Below are positions 13,910 through 27,769 of a DNA stretch of 64,000 bases, in pieces. How positions within the stretch are numbered: the first letter of the stretch is position 1; every line of letters begins with the position of its first letter. A program made the position numbers and the translations under genes. The notes under the pieces are model-generated. The model was not told where the DNA came from, ran no database searches, and saw only the letters and a list, made by a program, of their open reading frames with translations. The stretch comes from Octopus vulgaris (taxonomy: Eukaryota): NCBI GenBank assembly GCA_951406725.2, contig OX597818.1, forward strand, positions 123,132,001-123,196,000. The letters run 5' to 3'.

Positions 13910-14682
13910 GCCCTGCTTCTATAGAACTATCGAATAATGCGAAACATTGACACAAGGCTTAATAAAAGGCTAAATTTAGTGAGACAGGAACAATAGATGA
14001 AGTGACCCTGCCATCCTTCTTGGATTGGTAAAATAAGTACGTGACTATAGTCCCCGTTTAAAGCCACTGGCTCACTGGGCAGTTGACAGAAGGCCTCACT
14101 GACGTAGATTTTGTATGATGAGTATTAATGTTAATGCATAAATAATATCAGCCCCAGTGTATTATTTATCAAGCAGGGTAAGCTGATTTAATGCTATTGA
14201 AACTGTTCTATTTCAGTCAAACTCTATTTTTATAACCCTTGACTTATGAAAGGCGAAGTTGATTTCGGCATGACTTGAACTTTGAGTGAAAAGAGCTTGC
14301 AATCAAGCATTATGACATTTACACAAAATTCTAATGATTTTCTCACTGTTCTGCCCAAAGATCGACAGAGTTGTTTATGCACATATGCAGAATAATGCAT
14401 AATTTCCTAACCTCGCGACCTCCAAAATAGAGCAAAAACGGAAATTAGCCTGGAGTTGGAAGATGACGATATCAACAAAAATAGGAGGGATCAGATTACA
14501 CTTCGCTGTCATTTTTATGGCAAACCCAAAACTGCACCCAATTGGAAGTATATTGTAGGGATTAGCACTAAATTAGGAAACCTGATAGTAACATATCAAT
14601 GTTACTATCAGGATTCTTAATTTATTTGTTTTTCGTTGCGTATCATTTATTATTTAGTAATTCCATGTAATGTGTACGTGTG

Positions 14683-14761
<79 letters not shown>

Positions 14762-14844
14762 GATATAGGCTAAAACTTTTTTCGGGAAAAAAATTTTATC
14801 AATGGCCAGCATATCAAAAATGCCTTTAAAGGTAAAATGTATAC

Positions 14845-15346
14845 ATAATTTACAAGATAAGGGCAGAAGAAAAATTCTAATGCCAGGTACGCCGAAGCAA
14901 AAAATTGTCGATAACCATTAAAATTATGCGTCTCGAAACAAACCGAAAAAAGTTTTATCCTATATCAATTATAAATAGATTAGTGTTCACTTCCGGATTC
15001 TATCACTCTGTGAAAGTTTCTAGTTCGAATCACACGTGTCTCGAGGTGCGCCGAAGATTTTTCTATTTTGGATATATTTGCGGTACTTAAGTCTGCTCAG
15101 AACTTGGTGCTTGCTTCTTCCGTGGGTATGAATAAGTATTTCATTTATATCTCGCGTATGTGCCGCTGAAGAGGGGAAAATTTCTTGTGAATTAACCCCG
15201 AAATTGGACCAATACGGTAATAACGAATTTTTTAGAGATTTCTATCGGTTTGTTTCGAGACGCATAAATTTAATGGTTATCGACAATTTTTTGTTTCGGC
15301 GTATCTGGCATTAGAATTTTTCTTCTGCCCTTTTCTTGTAAATTAT
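14845..15346 (+). mobile_element. PLE pseudo-LTR-like module (family B) with 100-bp terminal inverted arms around an HHR
   Basis: 14845-14946 is the reverse complement of 15245-15346; interior homologous to 57350-57705; (TA)n at or near both ends. Confidence 0.75.
15161..15219 (+). ncRNA. Type I hammerhead ribozyme, canonical core
   Basis: TGCCG CTGAAGA GGGG-19nt-CCCC GAAA TTGG-A-CCAA TA CGGTA; near-palindromic stem III; predicted cleavage after 15214 (AUA). Confidence 0.8.
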
Positions 15347-15429
15347 ATATATATATGTATGTAAGAATGTTTTGCGTAATAAGATAAAAACCAAGTCGGT
15401 GTAGATATTAGAGCATTTATAAATAGAAG

Positions 15430-15481
15430 GTCTTACAGCTGTTTCTAGGATATTTATTAACAATATCCCTTCATCGGAGAC
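15430..15481 (-). ncRNA. Type I hammerhead-like motif (core CCGAUGA)
   Basis: Minus strand: GTCT CCGATGA AGGGATAT tgttaataa ATATCCTA GAAA CAGCTG TA AGAC; palindromic stem III, U4->C. Confidence 0.65.
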
Positions 15482-17126
15482 AGTGTGAGAGAATAGTTAA
15501 GTCATAGTTAGTTTCGATGTGATACAAAATAGAGAGTGGGGTGGAAGACAGAAAATAGATGTAAGATATGTATGGGTATTGAAGTTGTAAATCTGTTTTA
15601 TAGGCATGATATGCAATATTCCAATATTCTTTGAGTAAAATCCAAAAGTCCATCAGAGATTAATATGAGTCCTTCCAAATATAGAGTTTATAAGCAATGT
15701 AAGAGTCCCTTATGAGTGAGATCCAGCAGATTTTTAAACTTGGTCATTCCCAGTAGAGAATTTATATACAGTACTTTAAATAAAAACCTGTTTTTTGCAA
15801 CACTGTTCTGTCAGAGTGAAAACCCTTCAGGGATCACATTTTTTTATTTAATATCTCCCCTAAATATCAGGGCCATGCATGCTTACGTATCAGAAGAAAT
15901 CTTTATGCACAATAATTGCAATGAAGCAGTGAATAAAGGCGCCAATGTCCAACAGTACTAAAGAATAATAATGTTTAATGGTAACTCAGAATAGTCTCTG
16001 AAACTATTACTTGATCATATAACACTATATTATAATAATATCATATAATAAAAGTTCATAACTCCACTTCTCCGGTGATAACAGTTGCCTTATATGTTAA
16101 CATACTTTAATAATCGGACAAGTAGTTATTTAAACGTATATTTTTGCTAGACAGAAGTTGTTACTGCATAACATATAGTAAATAGCTTTAATTTAGAAGC
16201 TGAAACCTGCCAAGTTACACCTGTCAGTTGCATGTTCTCGATCTCTATCTGTGCCAATATCTTATTGAATTCATATACCGCATCATAATGATGTACCCGA
16301 GTACTCATCTACGTCGATGTTATTTTCAGTGATACACAACATGGTACTGAGAACATACAAATGCAAATGGGGCAGAGAATTCTAGCGCGGCGGATTCGAA
16401 CACATTTCGGTAGCAAATACTTGATTATGATATTATGGTTATGCACAATCGTTTCTATGAATATAAAATATGAATCATACAAAAATAAGCCAAAACCATG
16501 CCAACCTTTTTGAAGTTAGTATGACTTGTAGTACGTATCATAGTTTTGCTAGTTGCTTTAGTGACTTATGTAGTCGCTCTAGAACATAAACACCTACTCT
16601 CGGCTCTCCTACACTTGGTCCAACAGAACTTCCTCGGTGTAAAATTTAAAGAGACATAGAACATATAAACACTCGATCGATAATCAATTCAGCTTGGTAG
16701 ACTTGTCATCTATAAAATAATTTAATTACTCTAGGAAACAATGCATCCTCGGTTTAAGAAACGAACTTACGGTCATATGATCGTGAGCCTATTAACCCTG
16801 AATGCCAGGGTACAAGTCTTCACTATAGTTAAAATACTAGTATAAAAAACATTGCAGACTTCTTCCAGTACGTAAATACCAATATTTTTGCCATAACTTT
16901 ATTTACTTATTCTTCCTCTATACAGCTGACTCTTAACTTAAACATTTTCATAGATTGAACTGTTTCACGATGCCCAATCCACTGTGAATTATGTTTGAGG
17001 TTTGTTAATACAGTGAAACGTATTTACTGACATACGTATAAAAGAGGTATATTCTATCAAAGTACTAGCAAGCAATGGTTGGCAGTCGAAATAGTGAATA
17101 ACCTACACACACACACACATACATAT

Positions 17127-17172
<46 letters not shown>

Positions 17173-17374
17173 AAAATAAGGGTGAAAAAATTGAATATTA
17201 ATTTAATAACACCAATCTGAACACCAAGTGGTCTAGCGTATAAAAGACTGGGATTCAGTAAAATTATTAATACAAAACTATGAGAGAGAATCCACTATGT
17301 GGACGCTCTAACGCTAGATATAGATCCGTAAAGGGAATCCACCACCAAAGAATTGTTCTCAAGGAATATATATA

Positions 17375-17639
17375 TATATCTTTAAAATATTGTTTAAATA
17401 TTTCTGATTATATTTTAGATATTTCAATTACCTGAAGATTGACTGTAACCATAACTCATAACTCGAATTATTACGAATTGGACAGCCATGAAACGATCGT
17501 AGTGTTTTACTCATTATCTTTTATTAAACTTTTAAGACTTTTGATATATATTTAAAATAATATAAATTAATTAATTTTATGTATTGGCTTAAGTTTTTCA
17601 TTGTTTGATTTGCCTAATAGTGGTTTTATCTCTAATTTA

Positions 17640-17640
<1 letters not shown>
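17375..17640 (+). mobile_element. PLE pseudo-LTR-like module (family A)
   Basis: Homologous (reverse complement) to 45330-45612 and to 62148-62290; (TA)n on both sides; contains an HHR. Confidence 0.75.
17429..17504 (+). ncRNA. Type I hammerhead ribozyme, canonical core, long loop II
   Basis: TAC CTGAAGA T TGACTGT ... ACAGCCA T GAAA CGATCG TA GTG; palindromic stem III CGATCG, GUA triplet. Confidence 0.7.
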
Positions 17641-17690
<50 letters not shown>

Positions 17691-18189
17691 GAATACGAAG
17701 CGAGAGAAACTACTCAGAATAGTCAATGATACGACAAAGACGATTATGTGTGCATTAATTAACAAAGATTCTCGAATTGCTGACAGTATCTTTGCTTCAG
17801 GAAAAGGCTGTACCAATAGTTTGGTGGCAAACGAGAGCAAATGCAAATAAGAAGAAAATATAATCTCAGAAATAAAGAAATCTTAAAAGTGAAAACGTGA
17901 TTAAAGAACCACAGACTCGTTGCGTCTGTCTGTCTGATCAGCACAATATTATCTTCGGTAGACGAGACCACGATTAAGGAAGAGGTAATTTGCATAAAGG
18001 AAACTAATGCCGCAGGCGAAGACGGGTGGGGATTTGTCCACAGATGCCAACCCGCCACAGAGCGCTTGTTGTGGATCAGTGTTGGAATGCAATACTTATT
18101 GGCTACGGTCTGCCAACGTTAATTCCTTCTGTTTCAGAACAATATTCACGAAAGGTGAATGAAGGAGAATCATTTTCCAAATGTACTCG

Positions 18190-18240
18190 TGCGTGTGTGT
18201 GTATGTCTGTGAGTGTGAGTGTGTATGTGTGCGTGCGCGT

Positions 18241-18302
<62 letters not shown>

Positions 18303-18530
18303 TATATGTGTGTGTATGTGTGTGTGTATGTGTGTGTGTATGTGTGCGTGTATGTGTATGTGTGTGTGTATGTGTGTGTATGTGCGTGAGTGTATGTGTG
18401 TGTATGTGCGTGTATGTGTGTGTATGTGTGTGTATGTGCGTGTGTGTGTGTGTATGTGTGTGTGTATGTGCGTGTGTGTATGTGTGTGTGTGTGCGCGTG
18501 TGTGTGTGTGCAACCGTGTGTTTGTATGTG
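18190..18530. repeat. (TG)n/(TATG)n compound microsatellite
   Basis: Direct reading. Confidence 0.95.
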
Positions 18531-19209
18531 TAGGTTATTGTCCACTCAACAAGTTTTGCAACATTACGTTCTTGATCAAGTCATTATCCTTTTTACTTTC
18601 TCCTTTCTATTTTTCCTTCCAATTTCCTGTTTACATGTATTATGCTTAGTTCTTCAATATATAACGGTGCAGTGTTTTCTCTTCATTACAATTATCTGTT
18701 ATTCCACTTTATTTCTTATTAGTGTTCATTGTTGCATTGCTACGTCGTCAGCAGAGTTTCAAATGTTAGTCATTTGAAGTGGCAAATCGTAATTTCTTTG
18801 GTTATTTGATCAAAATCTCCATTGTTCATTGATCTATTTATTAAAAGGATTTATTTATTTGTTATGTGTTTATTCATTTAATATGTTTTATTTTCTTCTA
18901 AGCTGCATATTCCAATTTGCATCTTGAGATATCTTCAAGTTTTGTTTACAATGATTTCAATATAGAAAATCGATAATCCAGGTTTTATTCCAGAAAATTT
19001 TCTATTCATTATGTATGTATGAAAATATATAAACGTGTATATATATATATACGTACATATATATGTGTGTGTGTGTGTGTGCCTGTATGTATATATATTT
19101 ATGTACGTGTATATATAAGTACATATATATGCATACATACATATATGCCTGTTTGCAAATACATTTGTATATATATATATATGTGTGAGTGGCTGTGTGT
19201 ATGCATGTA

Positions 19210-19241
<32 letters not shown>

Positions 19242-19739
19242 CATTATAGCTACAGGGAGACCTCTTTTGCTTGTTTTGATTTTATTTGCATTTTATTTCT
19301 ATCTTATTCATGAATTTTTCGTAAGTATCGTCATAATCATTATCATCATCATCACCATCACCGACATTACCATAATCCTCATGATCATCACGATTATCAT
19401 GATCATGATTATAATCATCATCATCGCCATCATCATCATCATTATTATTATTATTATCGATAGCATTGTTGTTCTTATTTTAGTTTTCTTTTTCTTCTAA
19501 ATCTCGTTGTTCCGTTCTTTGCTGTCATCAGACCTGCCACAATCCTCTACTTATAATCAACCCTCCCTCCCACCACCACCACCACCAGCTACCACCATCA
19601 TTACCTGTATCATCTTCCTATTCAGCTTCCTCTACATCTACATCCATAAATTTGTTTTTGTTCTCATACTTCGTCGGTATTGTCAAAACAGCTACATCGT
19701 AATCTTTGAAATCTCCTTTACATTTCTATTCCTTTTCCC

Positions 19740-19767
19740 AATCATCATCATCATCATCATCATCATC

Positions 19768-19829
<62 letters not shown>

Positions 19830-19872
19830 TATCATCATCATTTTCATCATCATCTTCGTCATCATCATCGTG

Positions 19873-19910
<38 letters not shown>
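19740..19910. repeat. (CAT)n microsatellite
   Basis: Direct reading. Confidence 0.95.
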
Positions 19911-19911
<1 letters not shown>

Positions 19912-20415
19912 TTTTATCTGCGTCATCATCTTCCTTTTTCTTCCTTATTGTTATCATTATTGTCATCGCCATCTTCCTCCACCTCCTCCTCCTCCTCCTC
20001 TTCCCTCCTCCTCCGCCTCATCATCATCTTTTCACTTCGTCAACATCTTCATTACCTTCCTTATAATTAACATCACCATTATCGTCATCATTCTCATCAT
20101 TGTCATCATCATCATCATCATCATCAGCATCACCACCTTCCACTCCACTACAACCGCCACCATCCCCATAAACAGCATCAGTATCATCATCAGTTTTTTA
20201 AAAATGTTAATTTCAACATTCCTGCATTCATTTATTCAAGTATTTCTCAACCGTTTTTTTTTTTTTTTCACTAAATCCGGGTTGTTGCCTCAAAACTTGA
20301 GTGCTTGTTGTTTTCACCTTATAATCATTATCATTAACACAACCACCACCACCACCACTACTACTACCACCGCCGCCACCACTACCTCCACCGCCGCTGC
20401 CACCACCACCACCTG

Positions 20416-20856
20416 ACTCTACTGCAAGTGGCAGCAAAGCGGGAATATTCTCCGTTTTGTGAGCCAAGGCGTAGTGACATCTATAAGGAAAGAGGAATTA
20501 TATTAGATATCTTCAAGCCCATAACTTTGCTCAACACAGAGTTTAAAATTTTGGCTAAGTTGTTAACGAAGAGGTTGGCGCTTGTCACCGATGATTAGGT
20601 TGGGAGGCACAAACCTGCGCAATACGCGCCAGGTCCATATACGACAAACTCCACCCCATGCAATGCATCATAGAAAGGGCAGGGTGTAAAGCTGGCTTCG
20701 GTGGGGCTCTCATGAATTTAGATCAATCAGAAGCATTCGATAGGGTCGACCATCGGTACATGGAGGCTGATGCCAAGGCAGCTGGCTTCGACCCTGTCTT
20801 CAGGTGTTGGATCGCTGTAGTACACAGCGGCATCTGCTCGGTGGTCAAAGTTAACG
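20416..20856 (+). mobile_element. L1/Tx1-clade reverse transcriptase fragment (pseudogenised)
   Basis: PITLLNTEFKILAKLLTKRL...GALMNLDQSEAFDRVDHRYM...WIAVVHSGICSVVKVN corresponds to RT motifs RPIxLLNxDYKI and LDQxKAFDRVxH; stops and frameshifts. Confidence 0.9.
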
Positions 20857-21114
20857 TGAAAACGATTTTTTTTATCATATTCATGTCCCGTTTAAAGCTA
20901 AGCAAATTTTTGACTCATCATCGTCGTCGTCGTAGCCTGTGTCGCCGCCGTCGTCGTCGCTGTCATCATCGCCTGCTTCATCATCATTATCATCATTACC
21001 TCCAGCTGCAGCATCGTAAACGCAATCATCATGATCTTCGTCAGTGTCATCATTACCATCGTCACCGTCATCGTTATCGTCTGGTCGTCGTTACCATCAT
21101 TGTAATCACCATTC

Positions 21115-21497
21115 GTGAAGGCGCAATGGCCCAGTGGTTAGGGCAGCGGACTCGCGGTCATAGGATCGCGGTTTCGATTCCCAGACCGGGCGTTGTGAAT
21201 GTTTATTGAGCGAAAACACCTAAAGCGCCACGAGGCTCCGGCAGGGATGGTGATGATCCCTGCTGTACTCTTTCACCACAACTTTCTCTCACTCTTACTT
21301 CCTGTTTCTGTTGTACCTGTATTTCAAGGGGCCGGCCTTGTCACTCTCTGTGTCGCGCTGAATATCCCCGAGAACTACGTTAAGGGTACACGTGTCTGTG
21401 GAGTGCTCAGCCACTTACACGTTAATTTCACGAGCAGGCTGTTCCGTTGATTCGGATCAACCGGAACCCTCATCGTCGTAACCGACGGAGTGCGTCC
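21115..21497 (+). mobile_element. Full-length SINE family R1 with ~12-bp TSD
   Basis: tRNA-like head; TSD AATCACCATTCG at 21104-21115 and 21498-21509. Confidence 0.92.
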
Positions 21498-21704
21498 AAT
21501 CACCATTCGCATCATCATCGTTATCTTCGTCATATTCCTCGTTGTCTTCGACGTCGTTACTTCCACCAGTATGACTATTAATCTCCGCCAGGAACATCAC
21601 CTTGCAAACCTTGTCCAACAGTGTGTTATTAATCAGAATCGCTATGCTCGTATTACCAGCGCGAATAGGAATTTCTCATACTTGCATATTGATATCTTCA
21701 TTGC

Positions 21705-21715
21705 ATCATCATCAC

Positions 21716-21778
<63 letters not shown>

Positions 21779-21825
21779 TATCATCATCATCATCACCATC
21801 ATCTTCATCATCATCTTCATCATCC

Positions 21826-21871
<46 letters not shown>

Positions 21872-21950
21872 TATCATCATCATCATAATCATCATCATCA
21901 TCATGATCATCACCATCATCGTCATCATCATTGTCATCATCAGCATCAAC
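21705..21950. repeat. (CAT)n microsatellite
   Basis: Direct reading. Confidence 0.95.
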
Positions 21951-22329
21951 ATTGACAACAGCAGTCGAAGCATGTCACGGACCCGTTGTACTTCTTGTTG
22001 CTTATCATCAAGTTTGTCACAAATATTAAAAACAACTTGGCCGAAGGGAAGAACCTAAGGGAAACTTTCTGCATATTGAATCAATCTGTTAATCGAAGTT
22101 TTTCAATTCATTTACATTACATATGTGAGGACCCTTCCTGTATGAGTATTTGGTATGCATAACGTTCCCCTCAGGTATTTCTCACAACCATATTGCACAT
22201 GTTTGTAATCAGCGTCAGAACATTCTTTCAGTTTCTCTCTCCATTTCTCCCTCTTTCTATCTCTCCTTCTTTTCCCCTCTCCTATGTTCTCTATAAATAC
22301 GTGGACTTGCACAAGCACACGCATACACG

Positions 22330-22530
<201 letters not shown>

Positions 22531-23446
22531 AGTTAGATATGCATATATAAGCATGTGTATGTACAGGCGCACAAACATGTTTGTGTGTGTGTGTGTGTGT
22601 GTGTGCGCGCGCACGCGCATAGAATGATCTATGAAAAGTTTGGTGACCCATCAACACCACTGTTGATATCGCTTTTAATTTTCTAACTATGTTTTCTCTT
22701 TGAGTGCAAACAAAACAAAACAAAACAAAACAAAACAAATTCTAACGTTTCTGGGTCCATATTAACTTTGATTTGATAAAACACACCGATGATTGCCCAC
22801 GTGACAAAAGTTATCATTGAATTTACGCACGAACAAGTCAAGGGCTAGTAGCAGTGTAGAAAGATACAGTAACATGATGTGACGAAAGCAGCTAACCTGG
22901 TGGGACCTTGAGTTATCGTATGACTTCTGTTTAGGCACCAAGTAGCTTATGTTTGTTGAAACTCATTTGCGTGGCCAAAAGTATTATCAAATAAAATGAA
23001 CAGAGGTTTATTACCCATCGATTCCGACATAAGATTACTCTAAGTTAGGGAAGTAGAGCGTACGATAACATACAAGCAAAGTAATACAAGCTGTAACATA
23101 TCTCAGGGAATTTAAATCCTTGACATCTGCAGCCCAAAAGTTTAATCTTTATCCATAAAACTTGTACTAGAACAACTAGATTGTTAGTTGCGTTGAAGAT
23201 AGTCAAAAGTTTCATCAATTATAGACCTGCGAGATGCATTCGCCGAAGATTGGATAAAGAAATATCAGTCATTTATTAATAAAATTAACAAAATTTAAGC
23301 TTTATGGGTGAAAACCTATGGTATGCGTTAAAAGAATGTCTACAAAGTGCAGAAGAAACAAAATTTTAATCATTTTTCATGAAGTTATTACGAGTTAAAT
23401 TATTGACATTTTATTGTCGTGGCAACAAAGTACTGTATGTATGTGT

Positions 23447-24852
23447 GTCATTATTCATTTTCTTTCAGGAATTCTTGCCAAAAGAGAATGAACCAGTTTC
23501 TAACCTACATCCAAGGTTCCTTCATTGGAATTTCAACTTCAAGAACATAGTATTTTTGTTTGTATGTATGTATGTATTTTTGTATGTATGTATGCATGTA
23601 TGTATGTATGTATGAATGTATGTATATATTTATGTGTAGATTCATATGTTTTATGTATGTATTATCATGCATATAGTTACATATCTAGACATGCTTATAT
23701 ATATTTAAATGATAAACTTCTGGAAAGTTTTATAGAATTTTTCAGTTCCAATGATGGATCGGATCTGTAGTCTTCGAATTAGCTTTCTCCTTTCTGGTTT
23801 TGAGAAGCCTATTTTCTCAAGATTGGTACTTAGGCGGTGTGTTACATACCCCAGGACCCCAATAATTACAGGTATAAACCTTAACTTGTAATCTGGATAA
23901 AGTAACTGCAGATTCCTCAATAATTCAGCATCGGTATTCTCTTTTCATTGATCTTCAGCTTTATGTTAACATCCGTTGGGCAGCTAATTTCCACAACTGT
24001 ACACAGTTCCTTTTCTCCATCCCAAATCATTATATCAGGTCTGTTGTACTTATATTTTACTGAGGTCTTCACTGGTACATTCCACCAGCATTCCTTTTTA
24101 TTATGAGTGGCTATGGCTTCTACCATATTGTGGGTTCTTATTTCTTTGTCCTCGGGATTATCCTTCCGAAGAATTTCATTATAGTTTCCTAACTAACCGT
24201 CATGTCTCGTCGGTAGATAATACCGTGATGACATTTTCAGACAACTGCTTATGATGTGGGTGATATCTTCAGTATGAACTCCACAAAGTCTGCATCGGTT
24301 GTTACATTTTACTGCTTTTCTTGCATCTCTATTCCTTTTGTGTATTAGGTACTTGGTTGCTATATCCTGTTGCTCGGTTGCAAACGCATACTCTTCAAAG
24401 TGGGATGTTGTAACCCGGTCATTGGTCCATGATAAACTGCTTTGATGATCGATGTTACCATCATCATGGACCTTTCTACTAACATATCCATGCATAATCT
24501 TCTGCTAATATAGATTCATCCTTTCATCTGATGATATGTGGCAGTGGAATCGTGCGACTTCTTTAGGCATGTATTCTAGGTTATCAGACAGTGTGTTGCT
24601 CAAAGAGCTGCCTTCCAAGTCTTATGATGTTACCAGCCTCATGTATGCAAACTTGGTCAAGGGATGCACATCAACACTTGGTGGTTAAAAGATGTTCCCT
24701 AAGGGATATGATGAGACATTCAAAGGCATTTTGGAACGATGTTAAGCCTCCCCTGCTTTGTTTTCGTATTTTCGGTGTTTTCACATCAATGTCTCGGATC
24801 TCACCAAGCGTCCAATGAAGCAGCCCAAATGTTGGTATGAGTACTGGTATGG
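23447..24852 (-). mobile_element. 5'-truncated R4/Dong-like retrotransposon (thumb, CCHC knuckle, RLE, 3' UTR) bounded by (TGTA)n
   Basis: IPVLIPTFGLLHWT..DIDVKT; MHGY..; CRLCGVHTEDITHIISSC..YYLPTRHD; NRPDIMIWD..VVEISCP; IPVIIGVLG; several frameshifts. Confidence 0.9.
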
Positions 24853-24924
24853 TTATGTATCTATGTATGTATCTATGTATGCGTCTATGTATGTATGTAC
24901 GTATGTATGCCCAACTATATATAG

Positions 24925-24959
<35 letters not shown>

Positions 24960-25255
24960 AAATTAAATGAACGAAATTTTTAATTTAAAATCACTATAAT
25001 TCTTTCTAGACATATACAGTTATAGTACATTGGTGAGCTGTTATGTAACCATTATCAAACGACAATAACATTCTACAAGGTTTTTAGCCGAAACATATTG
25101 AAACGAGTGTGTGTCTGTGTGTGTGTGCATGCATGCATGTATGTATATTTATATGTATAAGTTTTGTAGGTATAAGTTAGAGGTGTTTAAAACATCTAAG
25201 AGATGGTTAAATACAAAACCGCTCCTTCTTGCAGATGTATATGTATGTATGTATG

Positions 25256-25287
<32 letters not shown>

Positions 25288-25437
25288 CGTGCGTGTGTGT
25301 GTGTGTGCGTGCGTGTGTGTGTGTGCGTGCGTGTGTGTGTGCAAGCAAACACACACAAATGTATATACACATACACACATGCACATATACATATATATCT
25401 GAAAAGATCAATAGACAATAGAGAAATAGACAAAAAT

Positions 25438-25508
<71 letters not shown>

Positions 25509-25784
25509 ATGCCTTAGTCTTACCAACTCAACAAAATTGGCCTTATTGCAAGGTGCGATTCAAACATGTTTGTAGGTCTGCTTACACGAACTGGCTTTCA
25601 AGACGGAGGATCGAATCCCAAGTCAATATTTTTGCTATATGCGATTCCCTTGCGTATGCATTCAATAACACCATCGACAAATTCAGAAACAAATGCACAT
25701 CGTACAGGCCATTCTCAAAACCATCATCACTGCTATCATCATTATGATGACCATGACTATAATCAACACCACCACCAACCACCA

Positions 25785-26356
25785 CCATCATCATCATTAT
25801 TAACGTGATCATCGCCATCATCATCATCATCGTCGTCGTCATCATCATCGTTGTCATGATCATCGTCGTCATGATCATCGTCGACATCATCATTATCAGG
25901 ATCATCGTCATCATCATTATCATCATCATCATCCACATCATCGCCGTCATCATCATCAACATCATCATCATTATCATTATCATCATCATCATTGTCATCA
26001 TCTTCATCATCATCATTATCATCATCATCATCATCGTCGTCATCATTATCATCATCATCATCATCATCGTCATGATCATCATTATCCTCATCATTATCTT
26101 CATCATCATCATCGTCGTCGTCATCATCATCATCATCATCATTATCATCATTATCATTGTCATCATCTTCATCATCATCATCATCATCTTCATCATCATC
26201 GTCGTCTTCATCATCATCATCGTCGTCATCATTATCATCATCATCATCATCATCATCGTGATGATCATCATTATCCTCATCATTATCTTCATCATCATCA
26301 TCATCATCATCATCGTCATCATCATCATTATCATCATTATCATCATCATCATCATC

Positions 26357-26387
<31 letters not shown>

Positions 26388-26400
26388 CCATCATCATTGA
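25785..26400. repeat. Long degenerate (CAT)n/(CGT)n array
   Basis: Direct reading. Confidence 0.9.
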
Positions 26401-26739
26401 CAACATCAAAATGATTACGATGGTAAACAAGAGCACCAGCAGCAGCCACGCTAGCTGCAGCAGTAGCAACCACACAAACCTCCACGAATTATGGCACCGT
26501 TATCATCACGTCACACAGGATCCTCCTACTCTTCTCTTAGTCACCATTATTATCATTTCGCTCAATGTATTCTAAATCGTCTTAAGAACTTAATACCATA
26601 AAAATTCTGCAAGAGAAACCCTGTCTGTCGTGCAACGCATTGTCATAACACACCAAGACCTTCGTCAACACTTTTTGCTTCTTCACGTTTTGCTCTGAGA
26701 CAAGACCAAAGACAATGCTATCAGCAAAAACGACTATAA

Positions 26740-26756
26740 TAATGATGATGATGATA

Positions 26757-26801
<45 letters not shown>

Positions 26802-26866
26802 TCGACAACGACAACAATAATGATAATATAAATGGGGATCATGATGGTGATGATGATGGTGATAAA

Positions 26867-26938
<72 letters not shown>

Positions 26939-27152
26939 CAGAAGAAGAAGAAGAAGAAAAAGAAGATGAAGAAGAAGAAGGAGAAGAAGAAGGGGAAGAA
27001 GAAGGAGGAGGAGGAGGAGGAGAAGAAGAAGAAGAAGAAGAAGAAGAAGAAGAAGAAGAAGAAGAAGAAGAAGAAGAAGAAGAAGAAGAATTATGAGAAT
27101 GATCGTGATGAAAATGATAATTATGATAAAGATAATAACAACAACGACGACG

Positions 27153-27215
<63 letters not shown>

Positions 27216-27260
27216 GTAATAATAATGATGATGATGATGATAATAATAATAATAATAATA
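26740..27260. repeat. (GAT)n/(AAT)n/(GAA)n compound microsatellite
   Basis: Direct reading. Confidence 0.95.
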
Positions 27261-27452
27261 AAATATGACTACGCAACCAATTAAAATGCTAGCTTCATCT
27301 AATTGTTCTGCCTCATGAAATAGCGTTCTTTACTTCAACTGTGGCTGCCATATTACATGGCAATTTCTCTCAACAAATTAATATTCTGTACCTAATAATT
27401 TCTATTATACTTGCCAGAGTGTTGAAGTTCTGGTCATTTCGGTGAGGTGATA

Positions 27453-27488
<36 letters not shown>

Positions 27489-27738
27489 AGTGGACGTTGA
27501 CTTCTTAATAGCATTGTTGTTGTTGTAAATCGTTGTGATAGTATTCTTGTTATTGTTATTATGGTAGTGGTGGTGGTGATGGTGTATGTGTGTGGGTGGT
27601 GTTGTTAGTGGGGGTGTTTATATCAGTAGCTGTGGTTATAATCTTGCTGTTGTTGGATGCTGAAGATACCGGTGGTGTAAGTGGAGGAGGTGGTGGTGGT
27701 GGTGGTGTTGGTGGAGGAGGAGGTGGTGGTGGTGTTGG

Positions 27739-27769
<31 letters not shown>

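Noticed and set aside
18026-18777. Cys/Val- and His/Thr-rich ORFs
   Set aside because: (TG)n microsatellite translations; the same applies to the many YIYI, THTH and poly-L/Y/N ORFs in the track
21115-21190. tRNA-like sequences with A/B boxes (also ~13835-13909, ~28660-28736, ~59323-59398)
   Set aside because: They are SINE heads continuing into repeat bodies with TSDs, with no canonical cloverleaf or terminator
25582-26575. Long ORFs (240-297 aa) of poly-Met, poly-Asp and poly-Ile
   Set aside because: Translations of a (CAT)n array, open in several frames on both strands; no coding evidence
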